NCBI GenBank assembly: GCA_964016885.1
Contig: OZ024745.1
Coordinates: forward strand, 62,496,001-62,560,000
Source of the DNA: Eledone cirrhosa
Lineage: Eukaryota
Length of the DNA stretch: 64,000 bases
Direction: 5' to 3'
Shown in pieces: positions 13,800 to 27,498 of this stretch. The notes below the pieces were generated by a model. That model ran no database searches and had not been told where the DNA came from. It was given only the letters and a program-made list of their open reading frames with translations. The position numbers and the translations under genes were made by a program. The stretch's first letter is position 1. Each line of letters opens with the position of its first letter.

Positions 13800-14245
13800 G
13801 CTACTGGTAACATGTAACCCAATACGTCCTGTGCATAGTCGGGTTGTTGGTGACTAAACCGGTATCTCCACGAAACTTTCTTCGTGAGGAGGGTGATTTT
13901 GGACACCTTGCAGGATGTAAAGCAAACTCGTCAAAGGGCAGGGAAACTCAGGAGAGTCAACGGCCATCCAATGAAATGTTTGTTTGTGTGTGGAGCGAGA
14001 AACTGCCAGTCTTCATTAAGACATTTCTCTAGGAGTAGGTCACTCTGAGATAAAAAATCTGCGCCAACCTTTGCATCCAATGGTGTAGAACAGTTCTTCT
14101 TTTTGGGCAAATTCGTTCGCTTAAAAAACCTTCAAGCACAGGAAGCACTTGATATGTGACTTTTTTTGCAATGCATGGTATTGCAGGGCATAGGCAAGTT
14201 CCTAGCAGGACTAAAAAGGCACGTCCGTGATACTCATGTTTAAGT
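13800..14245 (+). mobile_element. Probable 5' region of an RTE-like element or related SINE
   Basis: GC-richer island with gtgactaaacc...gggaaactcaggagagtcaacggccatcc, reminiscent of RTE 5' UTRs; no protein motif recognised. Confidence 0.3.
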
Positions 14246-14298
14246 ACTAAGAGATGGCATTATTCGAAATCGAGTTGGAGTCATCATATGTATATATA

Positions 14299-14384
<86 letters not shown>

Positions 14385-14452
14385 ACCCACCCCACTCCCT
14401 CTCTCCTACCACCTGAAAAGATATAAATACCACAACATTTATTTTGGACAGC

Positions 14453-14505
14453 CAGATTCCTGATGATTTCTAAAGAATGAGACAGTTCTAGTCCTGTAGA
14501 ATCTG
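14453..14505 (+). ncRNA. Hammerhead ribozyme in the PLE 5' terminal repeat (GAAA mutated to GAGA)
   Basis: cagattc-CTGATGA-tttctaaagaat-GAGA-cag...ctg-TA-gaatctg with a 7-bp stem I. Confidence 0.7.
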
Positions 14506-15461
14506 ATCTATATTAACACTTTTATACTCTGCTATGTATTGAGTACCTTACTTACTGTGGTTACCTCCGATTCAACCCGGAATAACTTACCTTTGAGCAC
14601 TCTTTGTGCCCATTATAACCATCATCAAGAAACTATGCTGACCAAACTCGACCTTGATGGCTCCATGAAGAACATCCTCATCCCTCCCAGGAAACTTTAC
14701 CTAAAAACACCCATGATGGAGAGCCTTCTTCCTCGAAACCCTGATGTAGCATCTACCAATGATGAGAAGTTCGGCTTCAAAACGAATAAGGCACCACCCA
14801 CCAACAGCCTACTTGAGCCATTTGAAGAAGACCTCTTCAAGATGATCAAAGATATCAAATTTCGTAGAGCCACCACACCATTCCAGGCCTACTTAAATAC
14901 TGAATTCCGGAATATAAAAAAATCCCCTAATCTTCATGTCTCCTCCGATAAAACCAATAAGCTGGTAAAAAATTCCATCACGACCACCTACAAAAAGGAA
15001 ATAGAGATGGCATTGACCGAGACAAACGCGGCCGGAAAAGAAATCGCCAAGTCCCTTAAATTACATGACCGAACCTTTAAGGGTAAAGACCCCGGACTTT
15101 AGCCTGAAGGACTATAAGGGAAACTACCTCAACAAACCATCAGTCAGACTTATCAACCCTACTCGTTCGGGCATCGGCTCTATCAGTAAGAAGATCCTTG
15201 ATAGAGTTCTACCATCATTGCGGGTTGCCTCACCACTCCCACTCTGGAGCAGAACATCTGAGGCAATATCTTGGTTCCAAGAATTACCCGACAAACGCCA
15301 CACTCGCTTCCTGCAACTCGACATAGAAAATTACTATGCTTCTATCTCGGAGCCCCTCCTGAAGAACGCAATTACTTTTGCCTGGAATATTACCACCATA
15401 ACTGATGCTGAGCAAGATGCTATCCTCCATGCCCGTAAGACATTCCTATACACGATAGATC

Positions 15462-15982
15462 TGTAGTGACCTACATTCCGCGGGCTCACATACATTCTAT
15501 GTGCGTGATTTGGCTCAGCTCAGCCAATCAGCGCCAGTAGAAGAGGATGTATTCCTACGCGTTCTGAGGAAGAAATAGCCCACAAAGATTTGAGGACGCC
15601 ATCACTCGCAGCTAGACCATGCTAAGGTAAAACACGCTTGTTCTTTTGCTCCGTAAGCACAAACAATATGTAACGACAAAACATTACCTACGAGCCTGGC
15701 CAAACGCCTTCAGCCAGTCGCCTGTATTTTCTCTTGTAATCTTAATTGAATTGTTTCATTTCTCTTGGCATGCCAGCCTAATTCACTTCTCAACCTCTGT
15801 TAATAAATAATGTAAAACCAAGCTAAAGTCGTTGTCGATATTCCTATCATATCTCTCTACCAAACCTGGTTCCTCGTGGCAACATTACAACTCTCGAAAT
15901 ATACTTCTCTGCTAAATTGCTACTTATATACCTCAACCAAATTGGTGACTTATATTCAACAAAGAGAAACATTTCTTTCCTT
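15462..15982 (+). mobile_element. LTR-like insertion (~520 bp) interrupting the Naiad RT
   Basis: Flanked by duplicated TAGATC(T) at 15456-15462 and 15983-15989. Starts TGTAGTG, has AATAAA at ~15802 and CATTACA at 15883-15889. RT homology stops and resumes at its edges. Confidence 0.7.
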
Positions 15983-17499
15983 TAGATCTTACTGGATCAA
16001 CAAGAAGGCTCAGATCCCATTTGACGTCAGCATGGGAGCGAGTGACTCGGCTGAAATTAGCGACCTTGTGGGCCTGTATATTTTACATCACCTGAAGAAC
16101 CTCTTTACTGGCCTAACCGGAGGTTTATACCGAGACGACGGCCTCTTCGCCCTGCACAAGGTTAACCCCATAACCACCGATTGGTTTCGGAGAAACGTAA
16201 GCTCGTTCTTCCGTAATCTAGGATTTAGTATAATTATAGAATCTAATATGACTAGGGCCAACTTTTTAGATGTCACTCTCGACCTCGATGCTTCCTTCTA
16301 TTACCCGTACCACAAACCTAATGAGACCCTTAGATATATTAATGTTAATTCTAACCACCCCCCAAAAAATCACTGATAACTTAGTAAAAAGCGTCTCTAT
16401 TAGAATCTCTGGCCTCTCTGCCAATGAAGATATATTCAACGCCTCTGCCTCCTACTACAATGACGCCCTCGCCTGCAGTGGATTTAAAGAAAAGATAACC
16501 TACCTAGAAACCAGCGCAAGGCTGCATAGGAGGAATAGGTATGGGCAGATTGGCTGGTACAACCCTCCCTTCAATAGAGAGGTCTCTACACCTATAGCTA
16601 GGATTTTCTTCACTTTGCTGAACACACACGTTCCCATACAACATAGGTACTACACCATCTTTAATAAGAACACAATAAGACTCTCCTACTCCACTACACC
16701 TAACCTAGCTAGGAATATAGCTAATCATATTTCTAAAAAATTAAATAAGCCAACCACCTCCGAACCCAATCCCTGGACTGAGGCCTTGTGTAATTGCCTA
16801 AAAACGGAGGCCTGCCCACTTGAAAACAAATGCATGACAAATGATATCGCATACAAATGTGATGTCATCTCAGGCACCGATGATTGCAACAATAAAAAGA
16901 CGTACATCGGCATCACTTCGAATAACTTTGAGACCTGGTGGTATGCGCATACCCACTCCTTCAGAAGACTGGACAAATCAAATCAGACAACACTCGCCTC
17001 CTATGTTTGGGACCTCAAAAGGAACTCCACCCCCTTCCCTCTTAAATGGGAAATACTCCAGAAACGCGCTCATACAACGGAAGACACAAGTGCTGCGACC
17101 TTTGTATCTCAGAGAGCTATGACATTTTATTCGCCAAGGGCCCGCTACTCAAAAAATACTCTGAACACTGCCCGAACTGCATGCACAAAAATTTGCAACT
17201 TTCAAATACCTTAAGCCAGTGTTAATGCCCGATGGTTAAAAACGTCGCCCCCCCCCTTTTTTTAAAACGCCAGCCGACAAAATAGCCGCTCTAGCTCCTT
17301 CCCACCTACCCCTACCCCTTCTCAACCTGAAACACGGCACTATGGTTATGTAAGTACCACTTACCTATCTGCATTTTCTGATTGTAGAGCTGTTTTTATG
17401 TGCCTGTTTATATGCGTATATTTATGAGTACATATTTGTATGTATTTGTATGAGTGGCCGTACGTTTGTATGCATATCGTTGTGTGTACGTGCGTTCAT

Positions 17500-18948
<1,449 letters not shown>

Positions 18949-18952
18949 AAAG

Positions 18953-19006
<54 letters not shown>

Positions 19007-19008
<2 letters not shown>

Positions 19009-19082
19009 CGAAGGAAATGTGGTAAGGTCCAGAATTAGCCGTCGAAACGGCTTGAGCTCAGCCGTCGGGGTCTTACTTGTTC
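19007..19082. repeat. Short dispersed family D (also 24328-24460 and ~58262-58290)
   Basis: Shared ataacgaaggaaatgtggtaagg and agccgtcggggtc.tact.gtt. Confidence 0.7.
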
Positions 19083-19083
19083 C

Positions 19084-19141
<58 letters not shown>

Positions 19142-19144
19142 AGG

Positions 19145-19824
19145 ATTTAAATGGATACAGTTCAGTTAAAAGGAATTTATTGACACGTGTTTCAATAACA
19201 GTTACATAACCTGAAAACAGCTGCTATCTGCAAAGTATTAATTATGCAGACACTCAATATTTCAATGTTATTATCAACTGTCATTTCATCAGAATAATTT
19301 TATTGTGAACCTGTTTGGTTTATATAGAGAATATTAAGAGGGAGGGGTGAAGTTTTTAGAAGAATAGTTAAGGGAGTGGATAGAGATTTTTTTGATAGCA
19401 GTGAGAATTTTTGGTACCAGTGAGTAATTAGATTCCCATCTGTTGTTTTGACATTTTTATAGAATACATTATTTGGCGTTGGTTATTTTTCTAAATCTAT
19501 AGAAGGATTAGAGATATGCATGGTTGGTTTTGTGTTTGCACTTAATTAACATACAGACTTAATTTTTTCTTTCAAGTGTACGTATCCGTTCGCCCACACA
19601 TTCACACACAAACATATATGCACACCTCTACAAAATACATACACTCACATACACATACTTACATGCTCATACTTACATACATATATACCTGCACATATAT
19701 ATATATATACATATATATACATATATATATGTACATACATACGCATTCATGTATATACATTTTCATACTCAACTTATCTTCATATACACACGTATAGGCA
19801 CACACATATATACATACTCCTGTC

Positions 19825-19871
<47 letters not shown>

Positions 19872-20617
19872 ACTTTAATACATGAATACAAATACATCTA
19901 ACTATACACATCAAACATATATATATATTTACTTATTTATATACATTTTCACATATATATACATACATATGGTCGCTTTTAGACACATTCATTATAGCAT
20001 ATTCTCACCTATTCTCATCAGCATATATTTCCATTATTAGTGTGGTAATTTAAGGTTATTAATATACATGTATATGTTGAGAAGAGATTGTTTTTATATT
20101 TTTCTAACTAGATTGAGGTTTATATAGTTGGGGGGATGTCCCTCTTTTATGTAATATTCAGCTTGTAGTGGGAAAAAAGGGTTTGAGTTCGGTGGGGGCA
20201 GAATAATGTTCGTTCAATTCTGTTATTAAGCAATTTCTTCCTGTGTGTGATTATGTAATAAATCTCAAAATTACACAATTTGCAGAAATTTTGGCTCCTG
20301 GAAAAGCTTTGGGTTTTAGCTAATTTCTCCCATTTTAGGGTAAACTTTTGATCGCTATCCCTGAGCGTCCAAGCTTTTTCTGCTAAAGTTGTTACATTTC
20401 TTTGGCTCTGGTGTTTTATTGAGTAAGAATGCCTATATAATCGAGATTTAAACGATGTTGCCGTTGATCCCACGTAATACCACTCGTTGCCTCCGGATTC
20501 AATGGTACACTTATAGATGATATTATTTTCCAGGCAGTTATTGTCGAGGGGCCAGTTGTCAGGATAGGTGCAGTTACAGATGTGTACGTTGGGTTTGTAG
20601 TTAGGTTTACTCTGGAG
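19145..20617 (-). mobile_element. 5'-truncated Naiad-type PLE (GIY-YIG domain, 3' tail, HHR)
   Basis: 20147-20600 encodes [51 protein letters not shown] and LLNNR...CPHR; bounded by microsatellites. Confidence 0.9.
19177..19297 (-). ncRNA. Type I hammerhead ribozyme with canonical core and extended stem II
   Basis: ttatt-CTGATGA-aatgacagtt...aactgttatt-GAAAC-acgt-GTC-aataa; all three stems pair. Confidence 0.8.
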
Positions 20618-20619
20618 TA

Positions 20620-21051
<432 letters not shown>

Positions 21052-21055
<4 letters not shown>

Positions 21056-21240
21056 TTCGTTTCTGAATTTGTTTAGCAAGATTCTTTATCTGAAATCGTG
21101 TGTTGAAACCGATATTGTTATACTTTGGGAGGGTCATGTTGCCAATAAGAACCACACATAAATATATAATAAATTGAAGTGAAAGCAACTGGTGCGTGTG
21201 TTTCTTATTGGCAACATGACCCTCCCAAAGTATAACAATA
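21052..21240. mobile_element. PLE terminal-repeat family C, fold-back form (other copies 24135-24325, 60970-61000, 63430-63590)
   Basis: Shared gtgtgtttcttattggcaacatgaccctcccaaag.ataacaatatcggtttcaacac; inverted pair 21112-21158 / 21196-21240; the same sequence ends the PLE at 61.8-63.6 kb. Confidence 0.8.
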
Positions 21241-21345
21241 TACATATATATATAATATAATATACTCCAGTCCCACAAACTGTAGAGTGCTTCTTATCCG
21301 ATATCTGCATTGCTTTATTGTACTACAATAAAACTCACCTCCTAC

Positions 21346-21381
<36 letters not shown>

Positions 21382-21519
21382 ATGTGTGTATATGTATGTA
21401 TATATATATGTGTGTGTATGTATGTGTGTGTATATATGTGTGTATGTATGTGTGTGTATATATGTATATATGTATATATATATATATATGTATACATATA
21501 TATATACACGCATATATAT

Positions 21520-21552
<33 letters not shown>

Positions 21553-21631
21553 TACACACATATATATATTAAACAACCGATCCGAGAGAAGCGAAATGAG
21601 GTGGTTAGCTTAAGTAAACAAACGATGCAGC

Positions 21632-21696
<65 letters not shown>

Positions 21697-21804
21697 GCAT
21701 TCCACCATACGAACATATTACACTGCCAATACAGAGGAACAATGCAACAACAACACACACACACTCAAGCGAGACAACAACACACGCACACGCACACAGT
21801 AACT

Positions 21805-21932
21805 GTTTCTACTTTAGGCACAAGGCCAGCAATTACTCAGTGCATTACTGGTACTTTATTTTATCGACCCCGTAAGGATGAAAGGCAAAGTCAACCTCGG
21901 CGGGATTTGAACTCAGATCGTAAAGGGACGTA
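21805..21932 (-). mobile_element. Meta-like SINE
   Basis: Reverse complement of the SINE at 3352-3480. Confidence 0.88.
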
Positions 21933-22419
21933 CACACACAGTAACATTCACCAAACAGGCAGAGAATACTATGGACTGACAGCAAGCGCCACCCTACTGC
22001 CACAATTGAAAGAACTACTTCGGCCACTGACCTCTGCTTGACCGACCCCATTTCACGCGCACGCGCGCACTGCTGAATACCTCAGATATTCAAAACAACG
22101 AACAGCGGAGGACACGTTTCGCACCTTTACGACAGTCAACCCCCCCCCCCCCGGAAAAACCCCAGTTGATGGATGTGAATCCGAAATATATAGGGACAAT
22201 TAAATCTCTCCCAAGGTAACTCTATCTCGTGTTATTGTTTTTACTTTTATCCTTTACGTTCTTTACTACATTATTCTACACGCTACAGTGTTCTACACGC
22301 CACCTACATCTCAACGTACACCCACTTACATCTCTCTCTCTCTCCACCACCGGATCTTGTTACCCGGAGATCTACCCATCTTCATTGTCGAGGCTTCCAA
22401 ACGACTTAAAGAAATTTAC

Positions 22420-23100
<681 letters not shown>

Positions 23101-23644
23101 ATATAATGATATATGACATACCCTGAGATGTTAAATGGTTAAGATTTAATCAAGGTCGTGATTAACCTTACAGAAATTTAACATTTATACCCTAATTATG
23201 AGAAAATGCAAAAACGTAATAAATTCAATAGAGAATGTGTGAGTAAGAAAAACGTTGCCTAATGTAACAGTTATAGAGATTTTAAAATGTATGATACTAC
23301 AATTTATCTAGGAAAACATCTCGTGCATCATAACAGCCAGTGATAGCCCCTGGAAAAGGATTTATAGAGAGGGAAATATAAGGGGGGGGGGGTGATATAT
23401 GCAGAAGAAGATTTTTCCCGAAAGTCAAACGGTTAATTTTGAAAATGTTTAATTTATAATTTTAGGGTGAAGAATCAAGATTTCGCAATTTTTTGGCAGG
23501 TTATTTATATATTAGTTTTATATATTCTATAAGTGTGTTAACATTTCTAATCTTCTGAGTTTTATGAGGGTAACATTTAAAGGATTTAGCTGGCACATCA
23601 ATAATGAAATTTTATACTGTTGATTATTTTCCTAAAGATAGCAA

Positions 23645-24032
23645 CATATTAGGTATGTAAAGCTTTTGAAGTACTTATTGTTAGAAATATTTAAATAACG
23701 ATTATGTATATAGATATATATTAATGAGCCAGTATATTTTTGGTTAATAATAACGACGAAGATAAAAATAAAATAATAGATTGAGGCATGTTAAGGTTAA
23801 ATATACACCTATATATAACTGGGTGTAAATGCATTAATTATTCTTTAACGAAGATACCATCATATTAGGTATGTGAAGTATTTATTGTTAGAAATATTTA
23901 AATAACGATTATGTATTAATGAGCCAGTATATTTTAGGTAAATAATAACGAAAATAAAAATAAAATAATAGATTGAGGCATGTTAAGGTTAAATATACAC
24001 CTATATATAACAGGGTGTAAATGCATTAATTA
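23645..24032. repeat. Local tandem duplication (~190 bp)
   Basis: catattaggtatgt...gggtgtaaatgcattaatta occurs at ~23645-23840 and ~23861-24032. Confidence 0.85.
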
Positions 24033-24459
24033 GTTCAGAGTATACATAATCAAGAAATTTGGAAGTTAACTAAAAATTATGTATAGGAAGATATAGAGAG
24101 GTATATATAGATATATATTAGGTATTAATGGAACCAACCAACCAACCGGAAATTTATAAATTCTTAAATTTATGAATTTAATTTCTAATAAATTGGAGTG
24201 AAGCGACTGGTGCGTGTGTTTCTTATTGGCAACATGACCCTCCCAAAGCATAACAATATCGGTTTCAACACATGTTTTCAGATAAAGAATCTTGCTAAAC
24301 AAATTCAGAAACGAAATATATATGTATATAACGAAGGAAATGTGGTAAGGGACCAGAACGCACCAAAGTACTCAACACTTAGGGTAGTAGAGTGGGTAAT
24401 AAGAACGAGTAGGACCCCGACGGCTGAGCTCAAGCTCAGACGTCGGGGTCCTACTCGTT

Positions 24460-24507
<48 letters not shown>

Positions 24508-24606
24508 TATATTTAAAGGTTAAACAAGGTTCAATCAATAAATCAAAGAATGAGTTTTACAATAGATTGGAAGCACTCTACAGCGTGGTTTTCCGGAGTT
24601 ATTAAT

Positions 24607-24886
24607 ATTAATTCAAAATATCAACAAAAATAGACATTCGTGTGATCAAGTATATTTTATTATACATATTTCAGAGGTACTGAGCTATCTTCAACAGTAC
24701 GTCCTCATCAGATAAAATAAGATGATGCATGACTGAATCTTAACCATCTACTAAGTCAGGATATGTCATGCATCATCTTATTTTATCTGATGAGGACGTA
24801 CTGTTGAAGATAGCTCAGTACCTCTGAAATATGTATAATAAAATATACTTGATCACACGAGTGTCTATTTTTGTTAATATTTTGAA

Positions 24887-24892
<6 letters not shown>
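24607..24892. repeat. Fold-back inverted repeat (~127-bp arms, ~31-nt loop)
   Basis: 24607-24733 vs 24765-24892, very few mismatches. Confidence 0.95.
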
Positions 24893-24924
<32 letters not shown>

Positions 24925-25559
24925 AATATAAATTTAGCGAGAATCGCATTTCGGCGGGTAGAAATTGGCGAAACGCAACTTCTGTATTGTGCAGTCAAGC
25001 GCTCCATGGATATGAAGTTATCAGAGCTATAAACATAAGTTAAAATGCTCATACAAACTGCGACGATGGTTAAGAAGCCATTAACCACCTTAGCGAAACA
25101 AGCGAACAAACTAAACGGGTCAAACAAAATAAGATATGATTGAAATAGTTACCCGAACCCTCGGGAAAGATGGAATACTCCGATATTTGGGTTTCTGCAA
25201 CACCTAAATAAATAATTCTGTCTGCTTATAAAAAATAAGCTTTTGGTATAATGATCGAACAAGGCATCGCTTTCTCAACAGGCATTTTGCTCTTCGTGCG
25301 CCAGAATTTCAAAGTTTATGAAAGCACATGTGAGGTTCTAAGGGGAGGAAACCCCTATTTTGGCCAGTGAATTAAGTATGTCTAGTTATTTCAAAAATTT
25401 GCAAAAACAGCACAAAACGAATTAAGCTCTAGATCGAGTTGTTTTTAAAATAAACTTAAGCGATTAATCAGACAATAGAGTTCACTAAAAAGCCAAAGAA
25501 AATTAACTGGTTAATCGCTTGACTTAGTTATTGCAAAAATTTGCATATATATATTATAG

Positions 25560-27410
25560 TTAACACAGAAAACAAAAGCAATAGGGAAGAGTTGCGTACA
25601 AAGTGTTAGTATTAGGTTCACGCTTGAGAGTGTGGGGTGGGGGCGACGTTTCGGCCATAAGCCCTTCAACAAGAGAAAAGTTGGCAGGAAAGTAGTTCCA
25701 AGGGTGTGAGGGGTGGTGGTGGAAAGACATTAAAGGGGGGAGGAAAAACATTAAAAAGAGTGTAAAAAAATTAAAATGAAACAAGTGGTGAGAGTGTGAG
25801 GCGTGTGGGGGTGGGGGTGGTCGGATGGATGGGGGAGAGGGGAGAGGGAGACAGAAAGTCCGAGCGGGGAGGGTGGAAGGTGGTATGTGTGTAGGTGTAC
25901 GTGTGTGTGTGTGTGTATGTGAGTGTGAGTGTTTGGGGAAGAACGAGGTTCCATGTTCGGTTAATAGGGAAACCAGAGTGTCCATGGGGTGGGGTGTAAT
26001 TCAGTGTGTGTGTGTGCGTGTGGATAGAGAGGGGTCAGAGGAGATGGGGGAGAGGGGGTGTGCGGAGTCCGGAGGCCGGGTGTGTGTATGTGAGGATACG
26101 CACGTGTGTGTGTGTTTTTTTGTGTGGTGTGCATATATGGTTGCGTGTGTGCGAAAATAGTGTAAGTGTTTGTGTGTGTATGGGTGTGTTCTTGAATGTT
26201 TTCCCGCGGAGTATAGGAATAGATGTTGAAGATTCCGAGTATAGCAGGGTGGATGCCTGGGGCGATGTGACCAGTGGTGTAGAATCCTTGGAATAGGGTA
26301 GGGGAGGTAGTAAAGTTGTGGGGTGCGCGCGCAAAAGGAAGTGGTCAGAGGGTCAAGGAAGGGCGAAGGAGGTGGGAGGGAGGAGATAATCAGTAGGAAA
26401 GTGACAGACAGGCAGTGGTAGGAAGGTGGACAGACGGTCGGGTGTTAGAGATGGTGTGTATGTGGTGTGGAATGTGTGTATGTGTGTGCGGAGCTGCGAT
26501 GGACACGGCGGCGATGGGCATGTGTGAAAGTTTGGGGGAGAGGGTGCTGGTGTGTGTGGGGGTTTGTGTGTTATTAGTGGAGTTGTTAGTGGGAGTGTAG
26601 GTGTATGTGTGGCATGGGGGTGGGGGGTGTTAGTAGTGCGGTGGGGGGGGAGAAGGTACTGTGGACAATATGAGTGAGTGTAATGTACTGGTGTGTGGTG
26701 TGTGCGTTTTGGGTATGAGTGTGTGTTTGTGTGGTAGAGCGGGTGTTAGTATTATTGGTGGGAGGGGGGGATTGAATGCGGGCGTGTGAGTGGGCGTTAG
26801 TGGTGGAAGCATGGATGTGGACTGGGTGGTGTATCGGTGTGTACGTGGATGAGTGTATGTGTGCTGGTGTGTGTTCGTGTGTGGTTGGTGAGGCTGAAGG
26901 TGGGTTGGGGGATGTTTAGCATCATTAGTGGTGGGGTGGTCGGATGTGGATGTGTGTCTAGGGGTTTGTGGTAGTAGTAGGGTGTGTGAATAGTGTGAGT
27001 GAATGTATATATGTACTGGTGGGTGTGTGCGTGTTGAGAGTGTGGTGCGCGTGTGATAGGGGGAGGGGTGGGTTTGTTAGTATCATTAGTTGTGGGTGGG
27101 CCAAGGAGTGGGGGTGTTAGTATTATTAGTTGTGGGGCTGGGCCAAGGGAGTGAGATGGGTGGCTGGAAGTGGAGGGGACGGTGAATCTTGGGAGTGTTT
27201 TAGTGGTGTTAGTAGGATGTGTGTGTGTAGGGGAGGGGACGGTCGAAGGCTAAAGGAGAGGGTGGGCATTTCAGGCCGGGGTGTGTGTGTGAGTCTGTAG
27301 GGTGAAGATGGTGTGTTGCTTGACACTAAGGCGGATGGCGGGAGGTGCCATGGCATTCGATCAGACCACAGACGGTGAGGTGGTGGGCGGAGTTTCAAAG
27401 GGAACCAAAG
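25560..27410 (-). mobile_element. 3' part of a Penelope-like element (GIY-YIG C-terminus, long CA-rich 3' region, HHR-like motif)
   Basis: The minus strand 27250-27400 gives HHLTVCGLIECHG / IRLSVKQHTIFTLQTH..PGL, matching the PLE 'R...EQ..IF.L.T..P.GLN' end; TTGAAGG-gc..gcc-GAAACGTC at 25645-25670. Confidence 0.6.
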
Positions 27411-27440
27411 GGGTATATATCCAGTCTCTCTCTATATATA

Positions 27441-27498
<58 letters not shown>

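Larger units (their letters stand above)
14383..17420 (+). mobile_element. Near full-length Naiad-type Penelope-like retroelement (RT + GIY-YIG endonuclease), frameshifted, inserted in (AT)n
   Basis: SMKNILIP, FGFKT, RLINPTRS, LDIENYY, FDVSMGASDSAEISDLVG, GLYRDDGL, NFLDVTLDL, SNHPP, WYNPPF, CNC.....CPL...C, YIGIT, LKWEIL and C-terminal CDLC...CMH; (AT)n on both sides; 5' HHR. Confidence 0.92.
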
